The notes under the pieces are model-generated. The model saw only the letters and a list, made by a program, of their open reading frames with translations, was not told the origin of the DNA and searched no databases. From Podarcis tiliguerta (Eukaryota), in NCBI GenBank assembly GCA_965153285.1, contig OZ229114.1: a stretch of 64,000 nt of DNA; one strand, 5' to 3'. Of the stretch, positions 23,303 to 35,974 are shown in pieces; the first letter of the stretch is position 1; each line of letters starts with the position of its first letter. Both the position numbers and the translations under genes were made by a program.

Positions 23303-23652
23303 NNNNNNNNNNNNNNNNNNNNNNNNNNNNNNNNNNNNNNNNNNNNNNNNNNNNNNNNNNNNNNNNNNNNNNNNNNNNNNNNNNNNNNNNNNNNNNNNNN
23401 NNNNNNNNNNNNNNNNNNNNNNNNNNNNNNNNNNNNNNNNNNNNNNNNNNNNNNNNNNNNNNNNNNNNNNNNNNNNNNNNNNNNNNNNNNNNNNNNNNNN
23501 NNNNNNNNNNNNNNNNNNNNNNNNNNNNNNNNNNNNNNNNNNNNNNNNNNNNNNNNNNNNNNNNNNNNNNNNNNNNNNNNNNNNNNNNNNNNNNNNNNNN
23601 NNNNNNNNNNNNNNNNNNNNNNNNNNNNNNNNNNNNNNNNNNNNNNNNNNNN
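23303..23652. other. Assembly gap (350 N)
   Basis: Run of n. Confidence 0.99.
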
Positions 23653-24970
23653 GGTATGTGAATCTATCAATTTCAGTTCCTCTCAGCTTCTCATTTTCCC
23701 AGATTTCCACATCAGTTTGCACATTAAAAAAAAAAAAGAAATGCACACACTTTTGTATGCAGATTTGCCTAACATAGACATTTTTGCAAAGCATTAACTG
23801 CTTCCATATCTAGACAAATATTTCTGTAGGCCAAACTGTTGATTTTTATGGTGGGATAAATATTCCTCCTGCTTCTTCATGAAAGCTCAGCACCTTGTGA
23901 GCTCAGGGTTTCCACAGCTGTTATAATGCTGCCTTGTCATTTTCTCGCCTTGCACTGCTCACATATAATGCAGATGAGAGAGGGAGGGAGAGGCTCGTGG
24001 AATAGCAATGATGAAGAAGAAAGCAGTGAGCTGGAGGATGCTGCAAAGTCAGAAGGGGAAATAAAACAGATGCTCTGGCCCTGTTACAGTTGATGGGGGC
24101 TAGCGGCTCTCTCAGGCTGTGCCTGGGTATTCATCCATGAGGTTTTGATCTGCCCTCAGAAAGGGACTGTTGCTATTGGCCACTTAACAAGAGGGAAATC
24201 AAACACTTGGGTGCCAGAGATGAGCCGAACTAAAGCAGTCCTGCTCCATTTGCAGAACAATATGACCAGCTGGACTACAATGGTTGCTTTTCTCGGGGGT
24301 GGTGAGCTGGCCCTTCAAATGACAATATATTATACTGCATGTGGATTTGCTGTTTGTTTGTTTGTTTGTTTGTTTGTTTGTTTATTGAAGCGGTCTTGTT
24401 CTTCATCCTCCTCCTGCCTTGGGTACTCATTTGTATCTGTTCAGACTTAAGTGATCGCATTTGGTAAAATATTAAGCCCACTTTATGCAGGCAGAAATCG
24501 CTCTCAGAGACTGAACCACCATCAAGCATCTGGGCCAATGGGCGTATCTTTCTGCATTTGTATCTCATCGCCTTCATTTTCAGATGGATGGAATGAAGCC
24601 TGAAAGCTGATGGGAAGGGATGATTGCCTCCTCGAATGTTTTCACTTGAAAATACTCCTTTATAACATAGACTGTCATTTTAGATGCTTCCCTTCAGCCT
24701 GTGACTTTAAATGGGTGAACTGGCCTTGGGAAACACATGGCTTCCAGATCCTGAGTTCTTTAACCAGGAAAGGAAAGCCCTGCAACTGACACGCCTGGGT
24801 TAGAATGCCTGTACTCCGTACCCACGCATACAACTGAATACATCAAGGATGGAGAACCAGTGCCTCTTCATATGTTTCTGTTCCGTCAACCCTGAAGCAG
24901 GTTGTGGCTGATGGGCAGGGCCAGCCCAAGGCATTTGGGCACCTGAGGCAACCCCCCCTCCCCCACCAAG

Positions 24971-25892
24971 TGACAGCATTCAGATGGATTGACAATCTGT
25001 CAGGATGCTGTCAGTGGCTCCCAGCTGGTTGCCCAGGAAAGTGTAAAGACAAGGAAAAGTTTCTTACAATCCTTTTTTATTTCAAACTTTACAGAGAGAG
25101 GCTGTAGAACCCAGCTGCTTGGATAATGGCATCGTCCCAAGTGAATCTCCACCCTCCTTCTCTCCCACTTCCTCATTCATCACCATCATCATCTCCTCCA
25201 CGGGTGCTGCTAAGTGCCCTCTGTCTTTGAGCTCTTTGCTCTCCTACTTTCGCCGGGTTCTGGGAGGTGGTGGGTCTGGAATGCTTTCTAGTGACCACGT
25301 ATCAACCAGGTTGCTCCTGGTTGCTCTAGGGATACGAGTGGAAGTGGTCTAAACCACTGAGCCTCTTGGGCTTGCCAGTCAGAAGGTTGGCGGTTCAAAT
25401 CCGCACAACAGGGTGAGTTCCTGTTGCTCTGTCCCAGCTCCTGCCTACCTAGCAGTTCAAAAGCATATCAGCGCAAGTAGATAAATAGCTACCACAGTGG
25501 CGGGAAGGTAAACGGTGTTTCCGTGCACTCTGGTTTCCCGTTGCATCAGAAGCACTTTAGTCATGCTGGCCACATGACCCAGAAAGCTGTCTGTGGACAA
25601 CCGCCAGCTCCCTTGGCCTGAAAGCAAGATGAGTGCCACAAACCCATAGTCACCTTTGACTGGACTTAACCGTCCAGGGGTCCTTTACCTGTACCCTTTT
25701 ACCTTTGCTCCAACTCTGCCTTCTCCTCCTCCTCCTCCCATTATTTTCCAACTTTTCCCCTCATCTGCCTCTGAGCTGTGACCTCCCGCAAACCACTGTT
25801 GTAAATCTACACTGTCTTCCTCTTCCTCCTCCCTAGAAAGGTCAGGATAGGGAGGTGGTCTCCACCACTCCTCCTCTGCCCAGCCCCTGACA
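24971..25892 (-). mobile_element. Gypsy-like solo LTR containing a Sauria SINE
   Basis: TG...TGACA termini; perfect 5-bp TSD ccaag (24966-24970 and 25893-25897). Confidence 0.7.
25329..25706 (+). mobile_element. Sauria SINE
   Basis: Full head, core and ACCTTT-type tail. Confidence 0.92.
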
Positions 25893-27447
25893 CCAAGGAC
25901 GAAGGGGTGTGTGAACAAGGGAAGAACTAGGAGAAACAAGGGGAGAATAAAGATTGACATCGTGAACGAGGGTGGGAGGAGACCAGCAGCACCTCCTATT
26001 CACCAAGAGGCCACTGTAGAGGTGGCATAGGGTGGAGGGGACTCCTGAGGAGGCAGAAGATCTGGTTTCAAGGAGTGTGCCACAGTCGCCACTGCTACTG
26101 TGACTACGGCAGCAGCATCAAGCAATGCATTCCTTGGAGGCCATTTCTGCTGCCCTTCTGGATCCGGCCGCCCGAGGCAGTGGTCTCAGCATGCTTCATG
26201 GGTGGGTCCGACTTGGGGTCTTGAGGGAAGAAAGGTGATTATGGGTTGATAGAGGGAAGGAGGAAATGAACAAGGACTGGGAAAGGAGAAGAGGGGGGAA
26301 AGTGAGAGGTAGAGCTGGGGTGGTCAAAGCCCAAAGTCTAATTGCCAACTTTCAAAGACTGAAAATCCCGACAGAAAAGATGTTGAGCCGTTTTTCAGCT
26401 TTTTAAAACTGAAAAACAGCCGACATGGGCTGCTGTACGTCCAGATTTTCCCAGACATTTTCCTGATTTCTGCCCAGACACTGTATTCCAGATATGTCTG
26501 GAAGTTTGGCAACCCTAGTCTCCCACCTGCCAACCACAAAAACACCACATCATTTCAACCCAAAGAGAGTTAAATGATCACAGTGCAAGAGAACGCTGAC
26601 CTTTGTTTTGAAACGAAATAAATAAATATCTAGCAAGCATGCAATGCAATGTATAATGGACAAAGTGTTACATATTTGAGGGGGTTTCTTTTGTAAAATG
26701 TGATCAGCAGAGGTTAGCTAAACCAACCTGCACAAAAGCAAATTTTGCACCACTTTCCCTAGCCACTTTCCTACCCATTTCAGCTCAAGCTTGTCTTGAA
26801 ACCCACATTATTTTTCCAGTCCTGAACAAAAGCTGCCATTCATGTTGAATTGGGTATTGATTTTGTTCATGTGAAGGAGCACGGATCACGACAAAGCAAG
26901 TGGTGACCTAAAACTGCATTAAAGCAGAGAAACTCCAGAATGCACACACACAAAAACACAAAACACCAAAGGTCTGCTGTGTTAAAACTCTGTGAGATCC
27001 GTCTCCAGGCATTCTCCTAATAGGAAATAAATACCTCATGATAGGTGCGATATTGTGGTTTTGAAGCTTAGTGGCAGGTGTGGAATTAAACACTTGCTCC
27101 TTCTTTTAACCCAGCAGCAACCCTCAAGTGCCGCCACTGATGAAAATTGTGACAGGAATCAGTCTCCACAAGGCTGGTGGTTCAAGCAAGGTCACAGCAG
27201 TTGACTTTTAGTACAGCATTGAAAGCTGCGACAGCAATGCAGGCGATCTCATCAGCCTTCCAGTTTGTACATATTTGGAGGGCCGTTGGTTCCCCACTCC
27301 TTCCCTGATGAGACCAAATGTCTTGAGACAATCGTTGGAAATTTCATCAGTGTCCCTTGCATGCCAAGGCACCTGAGCCACAAAGTTCCCAGGATTCAAA
27401 TAGGCCACAACTTTATTGGTTGCAGATGTGAGCAATTTGGCTTAGGC

Positions 27448-27583
27448 CAGTGATGGCCAAACTTGGCCCTCCAGCTGTTTTGGGACTACAACTCCCACCA
27501 TCCCTAGCTAACAGGACCAGTGGTCAGGTATGATGGGAATTGTAGTCCCAAAACAGCTGGAGGGCCAAGTTTGGCCATCACTT
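27448..27583. mobile_element. hAT-type hairpin MITE
   Basis: Long near-perfect inverted arms; 8-bp TSD gcttaggc/gtttaggc. Confidence 0.9.
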
Positions 27584-27940
27584 GTTTAGGCATTGGGGTG
27601 AAGCCAGGGAGTCTGCAGGGAGTCCACTTAAGGGTAAACCACCGATAGGAGGTGCCCTATGACTTACTGGTACATCAAATAGGAGTACCCCAAGGGGTCC
27701 CCGTGGGTCCTAGCCCACATCCAGGCTTCGGACAGGATTCACACCCCGGATCCCTTACTGAGGAGGGGCAGGCGAAGGCAACAACTTCCCCTCCAACCAA
27801 ATAAAGGCTTACCCAATGCCTAACTTCACAAAAGTTCTGACAATTGCTACTAGGTAGGTGAAAACCCAATGGCCAGTGCCAATTTGCCAAGTGGAAAAAT
27901 TCCTACCCAGCCTCAACAATATGGCGACCTACAATTGTCC

Positions 27941-27945
<5 letters not shown>

Positions 27946-27989
<44 letters not shown>

Positions 27990-28436
27990 TTATTTATACC
28001 CCGCCCTCCCTAGCGAAGGCCGGGCTCAGAGCAGCTTACAAGCAATAATAAAAACAAGATGAATGATTACAACTTAAAAACAAAAATAAAATACAACATT
28101 AAAATAATGGAACATTACAATATTAAAATGTAGCCTCATCGCAGGAGGAGAAGGAAAAGAAAAAAGAGAGGGAGGGAGGGAATCAAATTGGCTCCAAGCC
28201 AAAGGCCAGGCGGAACAACTCTGTTTTACAGGCCCTGCGGAAAGAAATCAGATCCTGCAGGGCCCTGGTCTCATGAGGCAGAGCGTTCCACCAGGCCGGA
28301 GCCAGAGTTGAAAAGGCCCTGGCTCTGGTTGAAGCCAATCTAACTTCCTTAGGGCCTGGGACCACTAGGGTGTTGTTATTTATGGACCTTGAGGCTCTCC
28401 GTGGGGCATACCAGGAGAGGCAGTCCAGTAGGTACT
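27946..28436 (-). mobile_element. L2-clade LINE 3' end with (AAT)n tail
   Basis: ORF RARAFSTLAPAWWNALPHETRALQDLISFRRACKTELFRLAF is a typical L2 ORF2 C-terminus. Confidence 0.88.
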
Positions 28437-28999
28437 GATAGCAAGGTCATATCAGAGCAAAGCATGAAAAGAGGGTGGGTGAGTAGGGTGATCTGGCGAA
28501 GGGGTGAGAAAGAGTGTGCTGGTTGGCTACACAGCATTTAAATTGCCCACGGCCACACCCACCCTGCCGACTGATGGGCTGGGGCTGTCCCATGGAGGGC
28601 AGAACCCCCAGCATTGATGATGCAGCCAGCATGAGATGGGGAGAGCTGGCGTCCCTCCGCCCCTTTGGCCTGGAAACTTTTGAGACCCTGCTGCCTGGCC
28701 ACAACGCCGCCCACCAGGTAAAAGGTGACCAGACCTTTCAGACTTATTGAAATAATCCTTTAAGAACATAACAAGAACCTACTGGATCCATCATGATAGT
28801 AGTCGTCAATAGCTGTATCCTCCATGATTTTTTCCTCAATCATCTTTTAAAGCCATTCAAGTTGGTGGCCATTGCTGCCTCCTGTGGAATAGAGTTCCAT
28901 AGATTAACAATGTCCTGTTTGGAGAAGTACTTTTGTCCTGAATCTTTCAGCATTCAGCTCATTGGATGTCCATGGTTTCTAGTAATATATATATATATA

Positions 29000-29353
29000 C
29001 AGTGGTGCCTCACAAGACGAAATTAATTCGTTCCGCGAGTCTCTTCGTCTAGCAGTTTTTTCGTCTTGCGAAGCAACCCTATTAGCGGCTTAGCGCTATT
29101 AGCGGTTTAGCGGCTATTAAAGGCTATTAAAGGCTTAGCGGATTAGCGGATTAGCTGCTAAAAGGCTATTAGCGGTTTAGCGGCTTAGAAAAAGGGGGTG
29201 GGGAGCGGAAAAAAATCTCAAGACTCGCAAGACATTTTCATCTTGTGAAGCAAGCCCATAGGGAAATTCGTCCTGCGAAGCACATCGAAAAACGGAAAAC
29301 CCTTTCATCTAGCGGGTTTTCCATCTTGCGAGGCATTCGTCTTGCGGGGCACC

Positions 29354-29357
<4 letters not shown>
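29000..29357. mobile_element. Tc1/mariner-type MITE with internal TTAGCGG-like tandem repeats
   Basis: TIR CAGTGGTGCCTCACAAGACGAA / TTCGTCTTGCGGGGCACCACTG; inserted in (TA)n. Confidence 0.85.

Positions 29358-29416
<59 letters not shown>
29358..29416. repeat. (TG)n(TA)n microsatellite
   Basis: Direct reading. Confidence 0.95.
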
Positions 29417-29423
<7 letters not shown>

Positions 29424-29594
29424 GGAATTAGACTTTTCTCTATCCACTTTCTCCATGCCATCCATAAATCTATAAACTTCTGTCATGTCACCTCATCCTC
29501 ACCTTATTTCTAAACTCAAATGTTGTAACCTTTCCTAACAGCGAAGTTGCGCCACCCCCTTGATCATTTTGGTTGTGAGAAGGCAAGTACCATA

Positions 29595-29844
29595 CAGTCG
29601 TACCTTGGTTTTCAAACAGCTTAGTTCTCAAATGTTTTGGCTCCCGAACACCACAAACCCAGAAGTGACTGTTCCAGTTTGCAAACTATTTTTGGAAGCT
29701 GAACATTCAACAGGGCTTCCGCAACTTCTGATTGGCTGCAGGAGCTTCCTGCAGCCAATCTGAAGCCACGCTTTGGTTTCCGAACATTTTAGAAGTCGAA
29801 CAGACTTCCAGAATGGATTCTGTTCAACTTCCAAGGTACGACTG
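29595..29844. mobile_element. Tc1/mariner (Tigger-like) MITE
   Basis: Perfect TIR CAGTCGTACCTTGG/CCAAGGTACGACTG; TA TSD. Confidence 0.88.
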
Positions 29845-32800
29845 TACTGACATTATGTTATACCACAAGACTATTATTTTCCAGAATCTCTGTGTGAAAG
29901 AGAACTCTATCTAAATACATGCCATTAGAGTCATTTTAGTTTATGGTAATGGGTATAGCCTGACGATCATTTATCTGAAAGATTTTTGGGTGGAAACACT
30001 GATAGAATTAATCCTTTGTGTTTTGTTTTTTGAGAGTGTAAGTCACAATTTCAAAGGGATGAACTGGAAATTTAGTATTATGCTCTCCATTATAGTTCCA
30101 TCAATAAAGCCATATGTTACAGTCAGTACTAAAATCCAATAATGAATTCCGATTTGCATGGATTTCCTTTATTTCATTCGCACTTTGCTCTTCTTCCAGA
30201 GAGTGGGAAACAGCTTACTCCTGTTTTCCAGGTGGCCTTTCCTTCAGGTAATTTATGGCTGCAGACCCTCTGAGCTCAGGGTGATGAACCCAAATCAATC
30301 ACTGAGACCACCTGCAGAAGCACGATTCGTGGTCCCTCATGGACCAGAAGCACCACTCACTTCACTGTTGTGTGTTCAACTCTGTGGAACTTCCCCCCAC
30401 TAGAAGTTAGACAGGGATCAATCATGCTGAGTTCCAGATACCTGGTTAAAACTGTTTCATTTCGGGAGTCCTTTGCATCATGAATGCTTCTCTTATCTTT
30501 CATTTTTTTGATGATATTCCTTGTTTGTATTCCTGAGATTTTTTTAATTTCTGAGGTTTTACATACTTTTATTAAAGATTTCTTGGTTTACAAAAGTATG
30601 TGCAATGTTTATTTTTTTTTTGAGTTACATTTTCTACAGATCAGTTTCATTTGTTGAGACATTAGTATTACCTTAGGAAGAAAAGGGGGAAAGAGATGGA
30701 TGGGGAAAAGGGGGAAAGAGATGGAAAACTTTGTTTTCATGTCTGAGTGGGGTGGGTGGGTTTCCGACTCTCAGCAACCAGAAACATCATACCCAGACAC
30801 TGGAGAGACTTGTCAGGAGTAAGCATGGACTAATGGTACCAAATGGTATGGGAAACAGCCTTATTAGAAAAACTAACCAACAAACTGAAACTGACACGGG
30901 GACAAATAGAAGAAGATGCCTTCACCCTGGTATAGCTCCCCTTTATCACATACACAGCGCAACAGCATATGAATCAATATGGTTACATTTTTGAGATTTG
31001 ACTCATATTCTGAATTTTGTATTTTGCTTATTATTATTTTTTGTCGGGAGATAAAAAGACCTACACGGTGAAAAGCAGGATGTACAGATTTTTAAAAAAT
31101 AAACCCTCAGCACTTCAGATGTTGTCATACTCTTCCCATCAACCCCAGCAAGCATAGTCAATGGTCAATGGTCAGAAACAATGGGAGATGCAGTCCACAG
31201 GTTCCCCAGTCCTGATTTAGATCTCATCATACGCCTTCATTGCTAATTCACCCAGGGGGGGCAGGGGGCAGAATTGCCAGCTGCATGGCAGGGCTGGGCA
31301 AGATAACTGGCCAGTCGAATTTTGGGTCAGGAAGATTTTCCTGCCGCTTTCCCTCTTTTCTGCTATTCCTCTTGTATTACACAGTGTGGATGGTGAAAGT
31401 TCTTTAGCGCAAGCTGGTGGAAATAGAATTCATTCTCCTGGAGTCTGTCCCCAAAGGCTCCGGTGTTAATGTAATAAAAGTGTTTTGCTTTTTGGTAGCT
31501 CTTGCACCTGAATCCCCCCAGAAAAGCGAGACAACAAATAACAACAATGTCAACAACGGAATCCTGGCATTCCGAGTGTCCCCGACAACGCGGGTTTTAT
31601 GTGTACACAAGGGAGAAGTGATACATTTTTATTGCAGGCTAGAGAAAGTGACCAGAATTGCTGATTGAGTGTGTGCTTGAAACAATGCAACAAATTCAGG
31701 AAAGCGGTGTTTGTTTGGTCTTTTTGATTCATAGCCCGCCTTTCAACCCAAGGCTGCACCTCAAGGCAGCTCACAAGTCACACAATAATTTAAAGGCATT
31801 CTAATAGCAACACAGAGTATTTATGTGGTGCTTCCGAGTGTTCAGAGGGCTTCTTGCTGATTCATTATTTCATAAAACAGCACATAATGAATGTGCCGCC
31901 GCATCGTACGGCAACAGCTATATGCCTTTGAGGTTGTTGAAGGGGATTAGACAAATGCACAATGGGTAAGCTGATCAATGGCTACCAGACACACAATGGA
32001 TACATGCAACCTTTGGGTGGAGAGGAAACATGCCGCTGAATGCTATTTGTTGGCAACAATGGAAAAAGGCTCTTTCTTCATGCTCTTCCAATTCTTGGCC
32101 ATTGGTTGTGAGTCCAGAAAGACCTGTTTCCTGCCTTGCAGGCTGTTTTCCATCCAGCCTGGGAGGGGAGGGCCCTGACTGACTCCAGCTACAAAAGCTG
32201 AGGCTGCTAAAGAAGCCGGAGTTCTGGAATGCCTGCTCCCTGCCTTGTAGGCCTTTTTCCACCTGGGGTGGGATGGAGGAGCCCTGACTGACTCCAACTA
32301 CAAAAAACCAAGTCTGCTGAACAGACACTTGGGCTGGGATACTGTTTAGGAGGTTTTGCTGCTGTAATCGATATGACTTTTTTGTGTCTTCATTTTTAGA
32401 TCTTATTATGTGGAAATTGCTCAGTTTTGTTGTGGGCTTTTTGATGTGTTTTATTTATTGTTTATGACTACTTATGCAAAACCTTTCATGCTGTAAGCTG
32501 CCTCAAGCATGGTTTTAACTATGGAAAGGTGGCATACAAGTAAAATGATGAGGGCGAGAACAAAGCTGCAAGATTTTGTAAAATCCATCACTGCTCTTCC
32601 GAGGTTCTTGTGCTCTGTCTCTTCTCCATTGTGCTGCACTAGTTTTGATGATGTATGATGATGTATGATGATGTATGATGATGATAATGATGATACATAG
32701 ACAAAGTAAGGTTTGATGTAGACAAAGCTTGACCTCTCAATAGAAGAAAGGACAAGACTGCATTAATCAGATCTCTGTGTACATGGCTTGACATTAGCTT

Positions 32801-35554
32801 TCCCATCCACTGAACCTTGTTGAGTGATTGCATGATCCCCAATATATAGACAGGACAGGTAAACTTAGTCTCTAATGTCAGACTCTGTATGTCTCTGAAT
32901 ATCAGCTACAGGAATCACAACTGAGGAGGCTGCTATTGCACTCAAGTCCTATTTGAGGCATAGACATCTGGTTGGCCACCGTGAGATCAAGTTTCTGGAC
33001 CAGTTGGGTATTTGGTCTGATCCATCAGGGATTCTCTTACATTTTGCATTGCACTGGTGCACTTACATTTGCAAGGTTGGGCTCTAAGGCTACAATCTAG
33101 AATCCTAAATACACTTACTAGGGAAGACTTGTTTCTGAGCAAATATCCTTTAGGATTCTGCTGCAAACTGGTAAATACAGTAGCCTTTAAATTATCAGTC
33201 TTCTGGTAGAGAGACTCTTTCTCCATTACAATTTACTATAGGGCTAACAGATGAGGATTAGAAGAAGAGTACAAAATCCCAGAACTCATCTACTCGGAAA
33301 TACCATAGGGAGAGATGTGTAACAAATGACCGGATGGTAGAAAGGGCACCATGTATGACATGTTAACAAGTCTCAGGTGTCTAAAAAGAAGAAGAAGCAG
33401 AAGCAGGCTATCATCAAAGTAGGAATCAATTAGTACTGGCCATGTTGCTTGCATTAATTAACTAGCCCTTATCGCCAGATTACATTGCTTGTTTGTGCAA
33501 TCCTCATTTTATTAGAGCTAATTGGAAATAATTATAAGTGATGTGTTAAATGCTTAATTAAACTGTTTATCTATCACTGCTGCCATGATCCCATATAGAC
33601 CCAGGAGTATCCTAAGCAAGCTTGCGTCAGAACGCTCTGTTTGGATGAAAGGCTTCTGGCAGTATCCCATATCTGTTTCTATTTATAGGCAGCACTTATA
33701 ACTAGGGGGCGGGGGTTCTATTTCAGTTTATGCTTTGGAGCAAACCTACTCATTTTGCTCCCACCCTCCATGTGCGGAGCAGAAAAGCTGCATATGAAGT
33801 ACCATAAGTGATGAGAGATTCCATGCATGGGTCTGTACTGTGCTTACAAGGTGACAGTGGTGACTGGTACTCATTGAAGCTAATAGGGCAGAAGGCAGGG
33901 AGACCAACACTAGGTGGAGCTAGAGCCAATGGCAGGCAAACTAATTCTACTTTTGATCCAGTCTTCCTCCCTGTTCAATTCTATAGGGATTAAGGAACAG
34001 GAAGCTGACAACCAGGGCCACCTCCTATACTGGCTGCAAGGAAGAAGATGCAAGGGAATGGCAGGATGTTGACGAGTGTGCACCAGGGAAAGCGGGGCTG
34101 GAGTCTGACTCAGGAGAGTGGAGCAGTGGTCTGTGGGGGCCCATACCAGTCAGGAGGCAAGATCAGAGTCAGGAGAAGCTTCAGAGCTGGGGGACAAGAA
34201 GGTAGAGGAAAGCCAGGCAGGTAAAGGGCTGGATTCTTCCCCTCACCTCCCCTGAACCACTATCTTCCAGAACAAGAAGGGGACTGAAGAGGGAAGAGCA
34301 GAAATAGCTTCCACACAGGCGTAGTCTCCAGCTATGTTTGTGCAGCCCATCAGAGGAAGGTACATAATGGAAGAGGGAGAGTGGTCCCCAGCTGCTGCAA
34401 CTGCTCCATAGAGCATGGACCTGGAAGTAGATGGGGTGGTGGTGATGATAGGTGAGCATATGTCTTCAGACCTGTAGAAGTGACTATGTTATCTTTGACA
34501 ACAAAGAGTTAACTCTCTGACATGTGCATTCCTTTGACTGGAAGCATCCTTGACAGAAGATGGGCAGATTGAAGTTGGTGGGCAGTGCCCCATTCGCCCC
34601 AATGAACCAGCTTCCCTTGTCAGGTAGTCCCGGTGGTGTCTTTTTCATTCTCTCACAACTGCTTAGAGCAGCTAACAGATGTTTAAAGATGCTCCTAGGT
34701 AGTAATTGTACAGAGGAAAAGATGGCTGCTCTCATGGGCCTACAGAGGTGGCCATCTTTTCTCTATACACAATGTCCCTTGTAGCCTTACAGAAAACAGG
34801 ACTGGGCTGCGTCAGACTACAACTCCCATTGGCCCATCCTGGTTGGGCATGATGGGAGCTGGAATGCAATAGCATATTGAAATCCTCAGGTTAACAACCC
34901 CAGCTCTGAAGTCTCAATGTTAACTGTAACAAGTTATGCATGTTTTGCTGTGTGCTGTATTATAGCCAATAGAGACCAAAGGATGCAATTGTGGAACTGG
35001 AAACTTCTTTCAGAGTCTGTTAGCCTGAGCACTGGTTTCATATATCATATACATATCTCGTGAATACTCAGCGCAGGTCTGCAATAGTCCCTACTCTCGC
35101 CTTTCACCATTATTAATTTATACATAGTTCTAAGGTGTCAAAACGTCATTTGAGGCCTATTGCCACCCCTGGCTTCTGCCCCACCACCACCCCAAAAAAT
35201 TAAGGCAGCAATAACATTGAACTAGATAGATAGATGATAGATGAGAGAGAGAGAGAGAGATGATAGATAGATAGATGGAAGCCATTGAAATCCATCAGAG
35301 CCCTGTACATTGTCATTTTTTCAATGCTGGCATTATAAAATTTCTTTATTATCCGACAAGGCGCTGAGATAAAATTATGATTGCATTTATCAAGCATTTC
35401 GTACACAGCCTGGCCTCAACCTTTTGCCATAGGAAAGTAGAAGAATGAAAGTAAGTAGGAATTTCTATTTAAAAAGGAATAACCATCAGAGGGAAAGCTG
35501 GCTCATATTAGCTATTCTGCTCATACCAAAAAAAGCAAATAGGACAACTAAGTT

Positions 35555-35680
35555 GATTCCTGCATTGCAGGGGGTTGGACTAGGGAGCTGCCTAATTTTC
35601 AACATTTCATAGATCAAAGTAGGGACATTTACCCTTAAGGTCCCTTCCAACTCTACAATTCTATTATTCTATTATTCTAA
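35555..35680 (+). mobile_element. CR1 3' tail with a short foreign insert
   Basis: ttcctgcattgcagggggttggactag...acccttaaggtcccttccaactctacaattctattattctattattct. Confidence 0.8.
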
Positions 35681-35974
35681 ATCAAGCTTGTTTATGTTTA
35701 GCATTCATCCAGACTTCCACTTGCCCCACCACTTTCCCCTGGAGAAACCTGTTTTTACCATTGAATCAGAGCAAACACCAGTAGTGTTTTCAGTGGATTG
35801 AGATCTGCTCCAGTTTAATGCCAAAGAGTGGGCTTTCCTGGGGAAGGCAGTGGAGCAGTTGAAAAACAACTCAGAGCCGTCCTTTCTAGGCATGGTAAAA
35901 GCAGAAGTGTGGGTGACCTTTTGGTGCTAGTCAACTAAGTTTTACTCAGAGTAAACCTATTAAAATTAATAGAC

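Larger units (their letters stand above)
24916..26215. mobile_element. hAT-like MITE hosting nested insertions
   Basis: CAGGGCCAGCCC start and gccgcccgaggcag...gggtccgacttg end; no clear TSD. Confidence 0.4.
27280..28705 (-). mobile_element. LTR-like element related to 7429-8172, interrupted by a MITE and an L2 (boundaries approximate)
   Basis: Shared motifs aggcc(a/g)caactttatt, ttggcttaggc, aaagtt(g/c)tga..aattgcta, ggaaaatt. Confidence 0.5.
28762..29575 (-). mobile_element. CR1 LINE 3' fragment split by a MITE and a microsatellite
   Basis: aagaacata tail, aaagccattcaagttggtggccatt, tctatccactttctccatgcca. Confidence 0.75.

Noticed and set aside
23284-23794. ORFs spanning X residues
   Set aside because: Artefacts of the N gap.
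27300-27350. Hammerhead ribozyme (CTGATGAG...)
   Set aside because: No GAAA core in register after stem II and no stem I/III; the candidate at ~1674-1712 fails as well.
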